DNA of 64,000 bases. Source: Paraphysomonas bandaiensis (taxonomy: Eukaryota > Protista > Chrysophyceae). Positions within the stretch are counted from its first letter, which is position 1. Each line of letters starts with the position of its first letter. The stretch is from NCBI GenBank assembly GCA_965644295.1, contig CBFFRP010000065.1, forward strand, positions 124,001 to 188,000, given 5' to 3'. Shown here in pieces: positions 49,301 to 62,477 of this stretch. The position numbers and the translations under genes were made by a program. Under the pieces are notes generated by a model, which searched no databases, was not told where the DNA came from, and saw nothing but the letters and a program-made list of their open reading frames with translations.

Positions 49301-52300
49301 GTGGCAGGATACAAATGGATACCAGCGCTACAATCTGACACTCTTGGAATCAAATTTGAGGATTTAACTTCTATTAGCGGTCGCATTGATCTCAAATCAC
49401 TTTACTCCAAGTCGAGCTCAATGAAAAATGCCATAAAGTTGGTCGCTGAAGTGAGACCACATAATGGTGGCAGGCTTTTGAAACTCAGTTCAGCGTTTGT
49501 TTTCAAGAATGCCACGAAACACACGATTAAGCTTTTGGCAAGCATCGAAAATCCCACAAAGATGAAAGGGAATATTTTAGATGTTCCTTATATGTTGCAC
49601 CCAGGAAAGTCGTTCCACGTCCCGATCAGCTTATTGTACAGAAGCGTGCTGCAAGGTAAAAAGGTAAAAGCAGATAGAGATGGAGAAGAGGTGCCCACTG
49701 CACTGGGTTTTATACAACTCTCACCTGCGGACAAACATATAATAGTGGAAGATTTAGGCGTGACATCCCAAACCGTGGGCGGTGCACAGTACGCCGAACC
49801 TGTGGATTTGATGAAGACAGTTATTCGCACGGAAGAGTTATTGAATGAAGCGATCGCGCGGGAGAACTTTGATGGGGTTATTGTGCACGATGGGATATAT
49901 CAGTTGGCATGTGAGTTGAATGGCCAGAGTGGGAAATCATCACAGAGGGAGCAACGAGATTCTGCGTCGGCATTTGACTCGCATCTGGATGAAATAGAAG
50001 TGGCTAAAAGCACACGGATTGTGCACTACGATAAGCTTCCACAATTTTGTTACAATATTGAGGTTGAGGCGAGTTGTCAGTCCAAGAAAATATTGAAGGC
50101 AATGGACGGCGATCAAGATGGGGCGGCTCCTAGTAGATTTAACCGCTTCTTTGGTTCGCAAAAGGCCAGAGAAGAAGCCGTATCTCAGTCTCCATGCACA
50201 TATAACATAGGTATAGCATGAAATGTCTTGTTGATTTTCTCTGATATCAGTCACAGTAATACACCCCCCAATTATAATTGAAAATCTACTTCCTGTAAAA
50301 GGAACATTTGAACTTGTTCATGACAAACGTGCAATCTGGAGTTCGTTGATTCATCCAGGGAAGTCCAGATGCATTCATACCGTCAGCTTGAATGAACCAA
50401 TTATGCTTGTGATTAATTTGGATTTTTGCTTACCTTCAGAAGGTGTATTGATACATAAGCCTCTTTCAAAAACTCCAGAAGATCGTGGCTTAGCAGAAAC
50501 CGTTATTGAAGGATTTAAAGGGCTCTTAGAAGATTCCGATTCATCTCTATCGGATTTGTCAATGATGCTTACAGACAATAGGGACGGTCAACGTCTGAGG
50601 CTGCAGATAGAAAATAAGGTAGGTGGCGGTGGTCATAGGAATATTGTGGTGTACTGTCCGTACTGGGTGGTGAACACCTCTCAGTACACTCTCCGCCTAA
50701 GAGAAGAGGGTGATCATCTGAGGTAAGTTGCTTGTTACTTTTATACTACAATATCAGTTTGGGCTACAGGGATGTTGGTAGAGTGGCAGCAATATCTGCC
50801 CCATCTACAAGTTCTGTTGAGACTATACCTCAAGGAACTAGAAAGCGCATGCAACGGCGCGGTGGAAATGAAAATTCGATCCCTCTCATGGAAGAAAGGG
50901 TATTTCCTGGCCGGCCTGGACCGCTTCATAGTTCACGTGTAAAAGAGATTGATGTCGACTCTCCTTTGCGAAATCTGCTCCGTGAGTTACGATTTGAACA
51001 GATAATGGAAATGGCTTCCCTATTTAATTTCGTTGAACCATCGGAATCTCGTCTAATTGGGAACCAAAAGGTGGTTGCCCAGTTAGAAGATTCTAATTGG
51101 TCTCGACCATTTACACTGGAAAGTGCTGGAGTAAATCAAGTTTTAAGTGTAGATTATGCTGAAATGGGAATGCTTGAACTTGCTTTCAAAGTTAGCAGCG
51201 CACCTGGAAAATGGGCGAAGTATACCAAGGTTATCCGATTTTCGCCACGATTTGTAGTTGTAAATAAGTTGTCGCGAGCGGCGAGGATAATTCAAGTCAA
51301 TGGGTTTTTGCATGAAAAGGTTCCTATCGATATATCGGCTGGACATTTGCGCCCATTCCATTTGCCTGCGGTTTTTGGTGAGCGACAATTGGCTGTGGAT
51401 GTGCAGGGACCGTGGATGCGTTCTGTCGCATTTGATATTGATCAGCTGGGGTCACATAATCTCCTATTGCGTAGGACGACTGACACGTCCAAACTGAAAC
51501 ACATCATAACACGAGGGAATCCAGAGTATGATGTTACAATTCCACATGATGAGCCAAGTATTCCCACAGATGGGGTAGGGATATGGTTTGAAACGGATTG
51601 GAGTCATAAGCAAATCGTTGTTATGCGAATTAAGCCTGGCAGTTTTGCTGCAACACGGACGGATGTACAGCACGGTGATGTATTGCTTGCCATAAATGGC
51701 GAGAGTGTTCGTGACATGTCTTTTGAAGAAGCAATGCAGAGACTTAAGACGCGTGACTGCAACGAGGATTGCGTGCTGACATTTCGAACCGTGGAGGAGA
51801 AAATGCGCCGAATTCGTGAGAATGTATTGAACGAAGGGAGTAATCCATCTGATGACAATTTATCTCAATTCAGTTCAGTTCGTGGTCCGCTCAATGCTAG
51901 TGCACTGGTACCAGAAGACGAAGAAAAAGAAATTGCTATCAAAGTTGAAATGAGGGCTGTTGATTCTAGTATATTCATGATTATATCTGATCTGGACAAA
52001 AATTTACGCCCTGAGTACCGAGTTGAAAACCGGTCATCATGCTATACGATTCACTATCGCCAGAAAGGTATATATAATGGGCGATGGACTACACTGCTGC
52101 CCGGTCTCTCAGCAACCTATATATGGGAAGACCCACTGAAACCTCATAAACTTTTGTTTCGAGTGGGAAAGAATATACTCTGCCCATCGAATGAACGATT
52201 GAATTCATTAGCGCTGGTAAATGACCACCCTCTAAGTTTTATGTCGGTTGGGTCTACTGACAGTCTGGTTACACAAGTACTATTTGATGAGATTGGGTAT

Positions 52301-55300
52301 GTCTGTCCTATACATGTTCCCGGTATGGACGGAAAGATGGTTGGTTTAGTTCAGTCGGAGGGACCGACGAAAGTTTTAACAATATCTCCTGATGTAAAAG
52401 TACAAGTAATCGAGCTGCAATATGGAATTAACTTCACCAACGAACAATTACTGGCATTGGGAGATCTCGCCGATCGTGTGCGCACTGTTTTGACTGATGG
52501 ATTTAACAATCCCAACAGCCATTTAGGGAAGGATGTTATTCAAAACTTGCTATTAGACATGCAGGATCAAACGCTTAAAGATATTCGATTACGACATGAG
52601 CGATGCCTGAAAGTGTTAGCTGAGCAGTACGCTGAATTGGACATCGACGATTCAACACGACACTCCATATGGACCACGAATCCTCGTATTGACTCAATTT
52701 TAGGGCCCGTTATCACGACGCAGAATACCATCATTGTGGAGGTCATTGAAGCCACTGGTTTAAAACCAGCAGTTCTTGGTGGCACGGACGAGACGTACTG
52801 TGAAATTAAGATAAAAAATCAGAACTCTAAGCACAGGTAGATACATACTGTATTTTGCGATTTGCTGTCATTGTGTTGTTACAGTCGGCTACACGAAAAA
52901 CTACAGAGTACTTATATCAATGATCAGACACTTGATCCATACTGGGTTGATCAAATATTCCTTTTCAGGGTTCCAGTTGATCCAGAAGAGTCCATACGAG
53001 GATATAATATTAGAGTGACAGTAAAAAGCCGATCGATTGTTGGTCTTGACACATTTTTAGGGCGTGCTGATATTCAGTTCAGTTGTTTGCACAAGGAAGA
53101 AGAACTGGTTGGTTGGTTTCCACTTAAGCCTAAGAGTTCTTCAGTGCAAACATCCCCAGAGTCACTACAAGTTAGCGGCTCTATTAAGCTAAGAATTCAG
53201 TGGGTTCATTCGGATAAAGGCCTGGTTAGTCATATTGACAAAGCGATTGGAAGGTGCGTTGCAAGAGTTGGCGTGTCCTTGCTTCGTATTATTTATCGTG
53301 TTTAATCAGGAGAAAAGAAGAGCTACTAGCTCATTTGCGCCGCCAACAAAGAGTTTTAAGACAGACCCAAAAACTCAATATTAACGTACCTGAGGTTCCC
53401 CAAAAACGGCTTCGCGTGACTCAACAGCACGATGGGTCATCACAATCTCTGCTTGGGGAATCGAGCCTATCTGACAGACGGTTGTACATATTTAATTGTA
53501 TATGTCTAACAGTTAATTATGTGTATGTAGTCAACGTCCCACTCGACTATCGTTGATTCGACAGTCGAAATCCAGTGTAATTAGTTCTTCGGCTAATTTC
53601 CCTGACTGCGATGCGTTTTCTGCTGTGCACCGGTACGTTGATTACTACCGATTGGTGTTACAAAGCCCACGACATTTATTGAAACGCGCTGACACCATGT
53701 GTCGGAGGAGAAACATCATCGCAGAAAATGAAGTATTTATGGAACGAGTTGAATCTGAAACATTTCGAAGTTTTACTCATGTCAATACAACGATGGGGCG
53801 GGTTGAAATCACACCCATTCAAGCACTAAACTTACCAACCTCAAGGTCAAATTCTAGCTCAGATAACCCAGTTTCTGTAAGATTTACCTATGGCGATGAT
53901 ACTCAGAAAACTTTTAGTGCTCGTCCAACTGCACACCCTGTATGGCTGAACACTGAAAATGGTTTGGATAAGCAAGCAAGTGACCCTAGCGTTGACCCAA
54001 GTAAGAGATATTCCCGTAGTTTAGGGGCCTCTCGAAGTCCGAAGAAAACGTCTGCACCTCGTACTGTATACGATAATCTGACTGCTATATTTGATATTGA
54101 TACATTGAACATAACGGGCAATATAGGCGTGTCTGTTCGTCAGCAAGCGTTTCCCAAGCATCGTGAAGTTTGCAGCCTTGAACTGCCTATTTTCAGCCTG
54201 CTGGACTGTATTTGCACCCTGAATCACGGAGCTACATATGACAGATGGTTTCCTCTCCGGATTTCAGCTGAATGTAAACCGATTGAAGGCGATATGGGAG
54301 CTTCACTACACCCTAATTCATCCGAGAAAATGTACAGTAATCTCTTTGAATATCACCCATGCATTCGTCTGCTGATTCGATGGCATGACTCATCTGAAAT
54401 GCGGCGTGATCGCCGAACATCAACAATGTATTGTCGAGTTCATGTCCCAGCCTTTTCTTTATCAATAATAGACTCTAATAGAGCTCGCGAAATTATGCAG
54501 ATTGTAATAAGTGACATTGAAGGACGCCACTCAGATTCGCTTGAGTTCACAGAGAGTAGTTTAATTGTGTCATGGTTACAGGTGGACAATCAACTTCCAG
54601 AGCCGGTATCTCCTGTTATTGTGGCACCAACGTCTGTACTGCGACCGCAGCCTGCTTTACGGTTGCATATCAAGAAGAACAATATCCTTTCGCACGAGCA
54701 TTTGGAGTCTTTTGAATTCATTCAATTAATTGTTCAAGAATTGGATTTGCATCTGGAACAGCAAACAGTGGTCGCGGTTTGGGAGTTTATACAAACTGTT
54801 ATGACAACAATATCGACAAGGGTGAAAGATGATGATACTAATGGTGGTGACCATGAGCATGCGAATCGGCAGCCTCTCCACCATCCAGCTGCTGCGGATA
54901 CAGATATCGATAAAATATATGTTGATCACTTTTACATTGCCCCGATAATGATTAAAATATCTTTTATTATGACTCCTCAAGCCTTGTCAGGATCTAATTC
55001 TCGTTCTGTAATAGGGAAGACTGGAAATTATGGCGGTGACATTCCAGTCGGAGAGCAATCGTCTGTGAATCTATTTTTGTGGCAAGTTGGAGAAGTGGTA
55101 CTGGATTTAACATCAACCATATCGGACGCTCCTATTCGACTTAATGGTATGACTGTGAACCATCTGTTTAAAACTTGGAACGAAGTTACATCTATACTAC
55201 AAGATCATTACCTCAACACAGCATTGGGTCAAATGTATAGGATTGTTGGATCATTGGATTTGGTTGGTAACCCAGTGGGGCTATTATCTTCACTTGGTGT

Positions 55301-58300
55301 TGGTGTTCGCGATTTTTTCTACGAACCGGCATATGCATTGATATCAAGCCCAACAGAAATAGGTAAAATTGGAAAAGGGGTAGTGAAGGGTGCCGTTTCC
55401 CTTGCAAGTAATACAGCTGATGGTTTGTTGGGAACGGCTACCACAATGACACGGTCTGTTGGAAAAGGGGTTGCAGTTTTGACTATGGATGACATATTTC
55501 TTCGAAACAGAGATCGTTTGAATAAACAGCCCGAGAATGCAATGGGATTTGTGGTTAGGCCAGTGAAAGACATGGCGAATGGCATATACTGCGGTGTTGT
55601 CGGTGTAGTTCGAGTTCCTTATCATGGTGCCAAACGTCATGGAGTTGCCGGATTCGTCACTGGTGTGGGAAAAGGGGTTGCTGGTGTTGCTGCTAAGCCC
55701 GTTGTGGGTGTTTTGGATGCTATCACACATTCAGGTGATGGTGTTAGGTATGGGATGAAGGTGTTGATGAAGCGGAGTGGTTTGCCTGTGAAGAAACGAC
55801 GCTACTCGAATTTGTTTGGACCCGATGGCCGACTCATGCCGTACTCCTACACCACTGCATATGGGTCCCATATGCTACGACTTCAAGATCAGCTGTTCTG
55901 GGAGACTTCCACTAGCAGGGCGCGCCTTATGTCTCTCGGTCCAGACAATAGATCATTGAAGGATACTCCAGAAAACTCTTTCAAGCGCTTATCTAAAAGA
56001 AATTTGCTTGCTGAACCTCCCACGTCCAGACGGGGTGGTTCCATCATGGGATCTCTACTTGGTACTTCTGTTGATGATGACTCAGCGGCTCCAGCGTCGG
56101 CAATATCTGAACAATCGCAATTTTCTCTAATGAAAGCTCGACGTACCAGCTTGTCAATCGGCCATTCTTCAGATATGAATGAATTAGAATGTGTTGTATA
56201 CACGGCTATTATCAATAGATCCGTCGGGCACGATCAACTTGTAGTGGTGACAAATGTACGGGTAGTAGTTGGTGATTTTAAACGCGAAAAGAGTGGAAAT
56301 TCGGTAACGATTAATTGGCAGTGCAAAATCAGTGCTCTGAAAAGTGTATCACTAAATAGGATTCAAGGGTGCACGTCAACTTTGACTTTGATTGCATCTG
56401 TGATTTCTAAGTCAGCGATACGGCGACAAGATGCTGCAAGCGAGGCATCGATAAGCCTCAGTGGCGATTATGACGTACTGCGCGAATTACACAACTGTTT
56501 GAAGACTATAAAGTACAACTTTGATAGTATTATTCCTCTCTATGAAGGGGATGACACTTGGGAAGAAGATGAACATAATATCATTAGCATTGGCCCTTGG
56601 CAATATCTCCGTAGGCAGGTGAATGATGAAGATGAGTATGACAATGATGCTATTGTCGCTAAAATCAAAAGGCGAAAGTTGATGGAAGCCCTTGAGGTGT
56701 GCCCATGGGTAATAAATCCAGACCCCCAGAATGAAACAGGCGGAGATATTGCTACTTGGTTGCAGGATGATCGTGAAAATGTTATACAGGCTCACTCTAA
56801 AATCAAAGAGTACATGGATAAAGGAATAGCACGGATGAATGACACACCAAATGAACGAATGTGTAAGGAGCTATTGCGTACCGGAAAGGCTAATGGATAT
56901 GAATTTGACGCTCTGATGGCGACAGCTGTCCGTGGAAAGGATCTACATCTTCCGTCATCGGCGTGTGAGGATTCCAACGCGAAGCAGGGTGGTAAAGCGA
57001 AGTCGCAAGGAATATCAGGCCCAAACCCCCTTGAGGTGGCGAGGAAGCTGCGGAACACTGTACGAAGAACTATAAGTCGATTTACTGCACCAACTGACGC
57101 CGAATCCTGTGATTTACCCCCACATAGTCCCGTCTTGACGCACGCGGCATCAACGGGCAGCGCTCGAGGGCTTGGTAGCACCAAGTTGTTTGCCACTTTG
57201 AGCTCTGATAGTAATGCACTCGAGAACTCGCCTGTTTCAGGCGACGATAATGACGAAACTCGTGCTAGTCGAGCAGCATCACTTCCGACTCGCAGGTTTG
57301 TGCCGTACACAGCGGGCAACGGAAACTCTTTTGAAGAAAAATCAGATGATGATGTGCCATCGACTGTACTCAGTCTTGACGAGCGCACGCTGTCGAATTC
57401 TTCCAACAAAGGTTTTAGCATTGTGTCAGGGTAAGTTTTTGTTTATATACTACAGGTTACTTATTGTTTTATAGATATGATAGCCCCGACGGGGGCGAAG
57501 CGCGGTTATCTGGAAGTCCACTGCTTTCATCGAAGAGAATTAGTGATGGTTTGCGAAAGACGGTTGCCCGATTTAGTTCGCAGTCTGCTTCCGAACCACG
57601 GTTATCACCTTTGCCTCCTAATTCTCCGCACCCGTCTTCTGGTTCGGTAGAATCATCAGTAATTGGGGATCCACTGAAAAAACGAAACGGAACCGAAAAG
57701 ACTCAACATAACGGCAGCACACCATTATCGATTTTCAGTCATGTTGAGGATGAGCAACCGGATGAGCAACTGGATGAAGTGGAGCCTGACTCTTCGTCGC
57801 CAGGGGCTACACATATAACTAGAGTGGCTTCGCTCCCAACTCTGATGGAAATAGTGGAGCATGATTCATGTGATGAGGTCAGTGATCGATCTGCCGATGG
57901 TTTAATAACAAGAGAGGAAAGTCAAAGTCCTCCGATATCGATAAGATCAAAGAGCAAAGAAGTTAAGAACGATAAAAATTCACGTATGTCGAATGGATAT
58001 TTTTCAGTTCCCGCACGAATACGCGACGATGAATATTCTCATACGAACCAGTTGGAGGACGGACATGGGTATGTTGATTACTTCATGATTTTGTAGTCTT
58101 GGTGGTAATCATTTCTTTCAGTGACATAGGGGATGTTATATCGGCTTTGAGTAACGGTAACGATATCTCACAGTGCGCGAGAAGGTGTTAACATTTGTTT
58201 GATAGTGACCGGAGATTCGACGAGAATGGTTGAGGTTATGGACAGACTCGGAAGAATGGAAAACCTTCTAACGTCTATAATACAGAGGTGGTATATTTCC

Positions 58301-58425
58301 TTCCTTCATGCTTGCCTAAATGTTAAAAAATTACTAGATCCTCAGTCAGCGCAGACATAAAATCTAGAGTGTTGGCAGAAGCGGAGAAGGAAGAAGATAT
58401 TGAAGGTGTTAATGGGCGTGGATAG
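40325..58425 (+). CDS. VPS13: Giant VPS13-family bridge-like lipid transfer protein (roughly 5,700 aa, estimated) with PDZ and two C2 insertions
   Basis: Chorein-N (LGDYV...L|IGIWEGDV.L.NL|.LKP...GFIGELRLQVPW.RL), DYFN..LKCWEPLVEPF, VAB/SHR-BD repeats (YCPYWVVNTS, SNWS..F.LE, FSPRFVVVN, YRVENRS, YIWEDP), LQVDNQL, ATG2_C-like GSLDLVGNPVGL...GVRDFFYEP and a PH-like region. Terminal exons were inferred manually to TAG at 58423-58425. Confidence 0.93.
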
Positions 58426-59429
58426 TTGCGGTAGAGTTATCACGCCCTTTGTATATACATATGTAATTGTAGCAAAAACGATGGATAGATATATTTGCTG
58501 TTTGTCACTGTGTTTTTTTAAACTTTACGTAATCGTGGAAATTCAACGTTGCCACAATGATACTTGTATTCATATATCATCTATAACGTGGACTTTTCCC
58601 TGCATCATTCGAATAGTGTGTTAGACCGTACTCTTTATGAATTTCAGGCATCCGCCTTCCTCTGTTCAGTGGTTTTCAGACCTTTACAATCATGTTCTTG
58701 ACGTATATACCATAGAACTTATAGTCAACATGACGTTTGTTACAACTGCATGGTTGCCGTAAACGAAATACTCTACATAAAAAGTCACATATTTCACGCA
58801 TCCACCTAAGAAAGGATAGATGGATAGGGGAAAGATTCCATTGGTCCTTTGCCCTTGGCGAGTTTGCCCTTGTGCAATACATAGAGCTTTTTGTAATTTC
58901 TTTTCCATCATACTTTTACATTGTTGAACTATAAAACTTTGCATCTATATATCATGATAAGTGATACGTTCAGTATGATATATGTTTGAGGGCAGTTAAA
59001 AGCTGTATTTCTAAGGTATTTGAATTATGACCGTTACTTGAAGGATACAGTAGCGATTAACAGCATTACCTGAACAATACAATACCCCAGATGCATGATT
59101 ATTCGTCACAAGGCCAAAAGATGTCTACACAAATTACACTAATTACTGTCCCTTGTACTTTTCCCCGAGAACGTTATGAGTGGACGAACGTTATATGCTG
59201 TCTATGTTTGCGGTTCACATTAGTTTAATGAAGAAATCTCTCCGGTAGTTATCCCCCTGTGCAGCGGGGCTGCAAAACTATAGTATGTCTGCTTTGGAAG
59301 TGTCAGAGAGTGAGAAATGGTAACGCCTTGGCGTTAACTGTTCTTCCTGGGCATGTGATTGCTAGCTATGATTGGGAGCAAGCTGTACTTGAATGGAGTA
59401 CGTGCTAGAAGTGAGACCTCTTGCTGGTG

Positions 59430-59910
59430 ATATATATTGTGTATATTATTATATGTATGCTTGCATGTACACTACACTATGCCTTACACTGCATGTCATC
59501 ATTGTATTGATATTGCATTGTATGCATTTACACTTATTACTACATCTCCCACATAACTCACACTACACACATATGACATACATTATACATCTCATCATTA
59601 TAGCATACATGGCACACTACACACACCCCACACTATACACATATAACACTCTATGCTGTGTTGGTATTAATTCTTCTCTAGCTTCAGGTAGAAGGAATTA
59701 GATATCAATATAGTGCATTCATATTCATCCATACCTTCTGCCATCTCTATATGTATGTGTATTACCATCTATATCCATCATCACACTCTTATCACCTGCA
59801 TACTGTATGGCATATAGTACACGTGCTTGTATAAGATCCTAGTCTTGTCATAAGCACGGTCTGCATGTATACATGACATGGATATGACGTTTATATGGTA
59901 TATGTACACA
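59430..59910. repeat. Low-complexity CA/TA-rich degenerate repeat, probably part of an LTR-retrotransposon non-coding region
   Basis: Runs such as ACACTACACAC, CATACAT and TGCATGTA. The region lies upstream of the gag-like ORF at 60762. Origin is inferred only from position. Confidence 0.4.
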
Positions 59911-60761
59911 TCGTATCACCTGAGGGCCCATTCATCTTGTCATGAGGCCATTGGTACTCTCTGTGTGGTCTTCATATTCCTGTGAAGAGCAGAGGACTCT
60001 AACTTCTTGCGTTCGTCATCATTGGAGTCGTGAATTGCCTCAGACATCTGTCATTATGGACTTGACTAGTGTGCCAAGTGTCATCGTCTATCTATTACTG
60101 GTTATGGAGCGTTGGATGTATCTGCAATGAGCGTTAAGAGCATCAGCATCTTCAGTCTCTTCTCAACTGTTGTTTCTGTCGTATCTGTGTATGGTCTATA
60201 GTACAGTGACGGTATATTGTTGAGTACAAGCATATGATTGGACGATATTCTCATTTTGGTGTGCTGGAGGCTCTGTTGGTTGGAGTTGGTCTTCATAGCA
60301 TTCTACAGGAGTGTTCCAGAAAACTGATATGTCCACATAATCAACCAAATCTTGTGGAATCTTTTGTAGAATATTGTTCTAGATGTTATTGTGTGCTTCT
60401 AGATAGCTTGTAGAACATGAGTGGTTCTTTATGAGTTGTTTTGTGTTCTGCTTGCTGTTCAGTATTTTGTTAGAGTGCCTTACACCTTAACACGTAGTTG
60501 GAGGTGTCCAGTTATAAGAGCTTGGGGGTGCCTGAGCTATTGTAAGGCTATTAACTAGAGTATTCTCCTTCTTATTTTGTTTCATCATTCCTATATTTTC
60601 TTATTCATTTAGTCTTTTATAAGCTGCACCCGGTGTGATACCCCGGGTTTGGTCAAAGTAAATTTACTTCCGCAAAGCAGCAACAAGCAGATCTGCACAT
60701 TGAAGTATAATACTCGGAATACTTATATTAATTAGCATATATAGGCTGCAGCAGCATAATA

Positions 60762-61918
60762 ATGGATCCTACTAATATCCAGGACATTTTGCCTGCATTC
60801 ATGCAGCAGATAAGGCAAGAAACACAAGAGAACAATGAAAGGCTGACCAGAGAAACACAAGATAACAATGATAGGCTGACCAGAGAAATAAAAGAGATTA
60901 ATCAGAAAATGGACGTCAGATTTCAAGAAATACTCAACGCGATCGGGCAACAATTGAATAGCATTACAGAGCATACGGACAAGAAAATGGAACAGTTTCA
61001 CAATGATATTACGGAGAGACTGGATACACTGGAAGCTAGAACAGCCATCCTGGAAGGAGAGAAAGAATTAACGGAGCAGCAGGACAGGGCAATTACCCAC
61101 CCGAGTGCGTCCAGGGAACGAAAGACCATTTTTATGAGGGAAGTGGAAGAGACCACGCACCTAGCGGAGAGAAGACTAGTAGTGGTGCAAGTGCCCACGC
61201 CATCTCATTCACACATATTCCGCCAGGTCCATTAAATCTAGGAATATGTGTGAATGAGATGGCGTGGGCATTTGCACCACTACTTGTCTTCTCTCTGCTA
61301 GGTGCGTGGTCTCTTCTGATTTTTGGTGTGCATGGAGCAATGACTCTCATACTTCGGAATCCCCTACATTGCAGCGCGTGCATCACCTACTGAGTTTGAG
61401 TAGCTAGAGATTTTCAACAGATTTTAGGAGAGGAGATCAAACCCACCCCTAACCATTTGCAGCTCACACCAACGGAGTGTTTAGTTCAGGTTCACAATGC
61501 CCAGGTCGGACACTGGGGAGAGCGCGAGACCTGGAGAAGACTGAACAGGGACTTCATTGGGCACGGCATATCCCAGCGAAAAATTAAGGACTATATAGAC
61601 AGATGCGCAAATTGCCAGAAGTCCAGGAGGGAGATGAAAACTCGGCTGATTCCTGTGCAGAGACACTTGAAACCTCCATCACACAGGACTGCAATTGGTA
61701 TAGATGCATTAGCTATTACACCCCAGGGAACGAGTGCGTCCAGGGAACGAAAGACCATTTTTATGAGGGAAGTGGAAGAGACCACGCACCTAGCGGAGAG
61801 AAGACAAGTAGTGGTGCAAATGCCCACGCCATCTCATTCACACCCCAGAACACCACGAAAGGGTGCGAGCCCGACTATGTTATACCTCAACCATAAGAAT
61901 TCTAAAATTTATTTTTAA
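60762..61918 (+). mobile_element. Rearranged Ty3/Gypsy-like LTR retrotransposon relic (gag-like coiled coil + integrase fragment)
   Basis: Integrase zinc-binding HHCC (VHNAQVGHWG...IDRCANCQK) followed by the first core Asp (IGIDAL). Upstream coiled-coil ORF has a 33-bp tandem duplication. RT and RNase H are missing; internal direct and inverted duplications are present. Confidence 0.8.
61146..61316. repeat. 76-bp inverted repeat (fold-back) with 19-nt loop
   Basis: 61241-61316 is the reverse complement of 61146-61221 with 3 mismatches. Confidence 0.92.
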
Positions 61919-62477
61919 CATCACTTATAAACCTCAATAAGAAATCTTTTTTGTTGTGTATCACTTTCTAACTATATATATATCATATTCTTATCACTAT
62001 ATTCTATATTCTATATATGAATGAAATTGGAAAACTCTGGTCTAGTTGTTCTTTTAGGCTATGAGCGAATAATAGAGGGATAAATGCAAGCTATATAGAG
62101 CATCACTGACACATGTAAGGGACGATGACAGCTGTTTCCTAGCAATCTACCCTATTTTAACTTCCACTCTTTCTGCGTCAACAGATCTTTACAAAAATTG
62201 CTTGACATGACGACGTTAAAACTTGTTGGTAATATTGCAGTACTACCATGGCAATAAATATAACTCAAAAGTTACTATTTCACAATAAAATATAGTTATT
62301 ATTACAGTGTTTATCGTCTGCATCGCAGCATGTATTTCGAATAACCAATTGATACAAGCATGTATTTCAAGCACACCATAACTAATTCTCAATGGCCCGT
62401 ATGTCAACTCCATATAAGAGTGACAGAATAGATAACTACATTATATCTAGATAACACACGACGCGGCGATAAATCTA

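Noticed and set aside
59240-60650. Weak inverted similarity between ~59241-59266 and ~60623-60647 as DIRS-like terminal repeats
   Set aside because: Too short and gapped; no tyrosine recombinase seen and the integrase fragment is DDE/Gypsy type.
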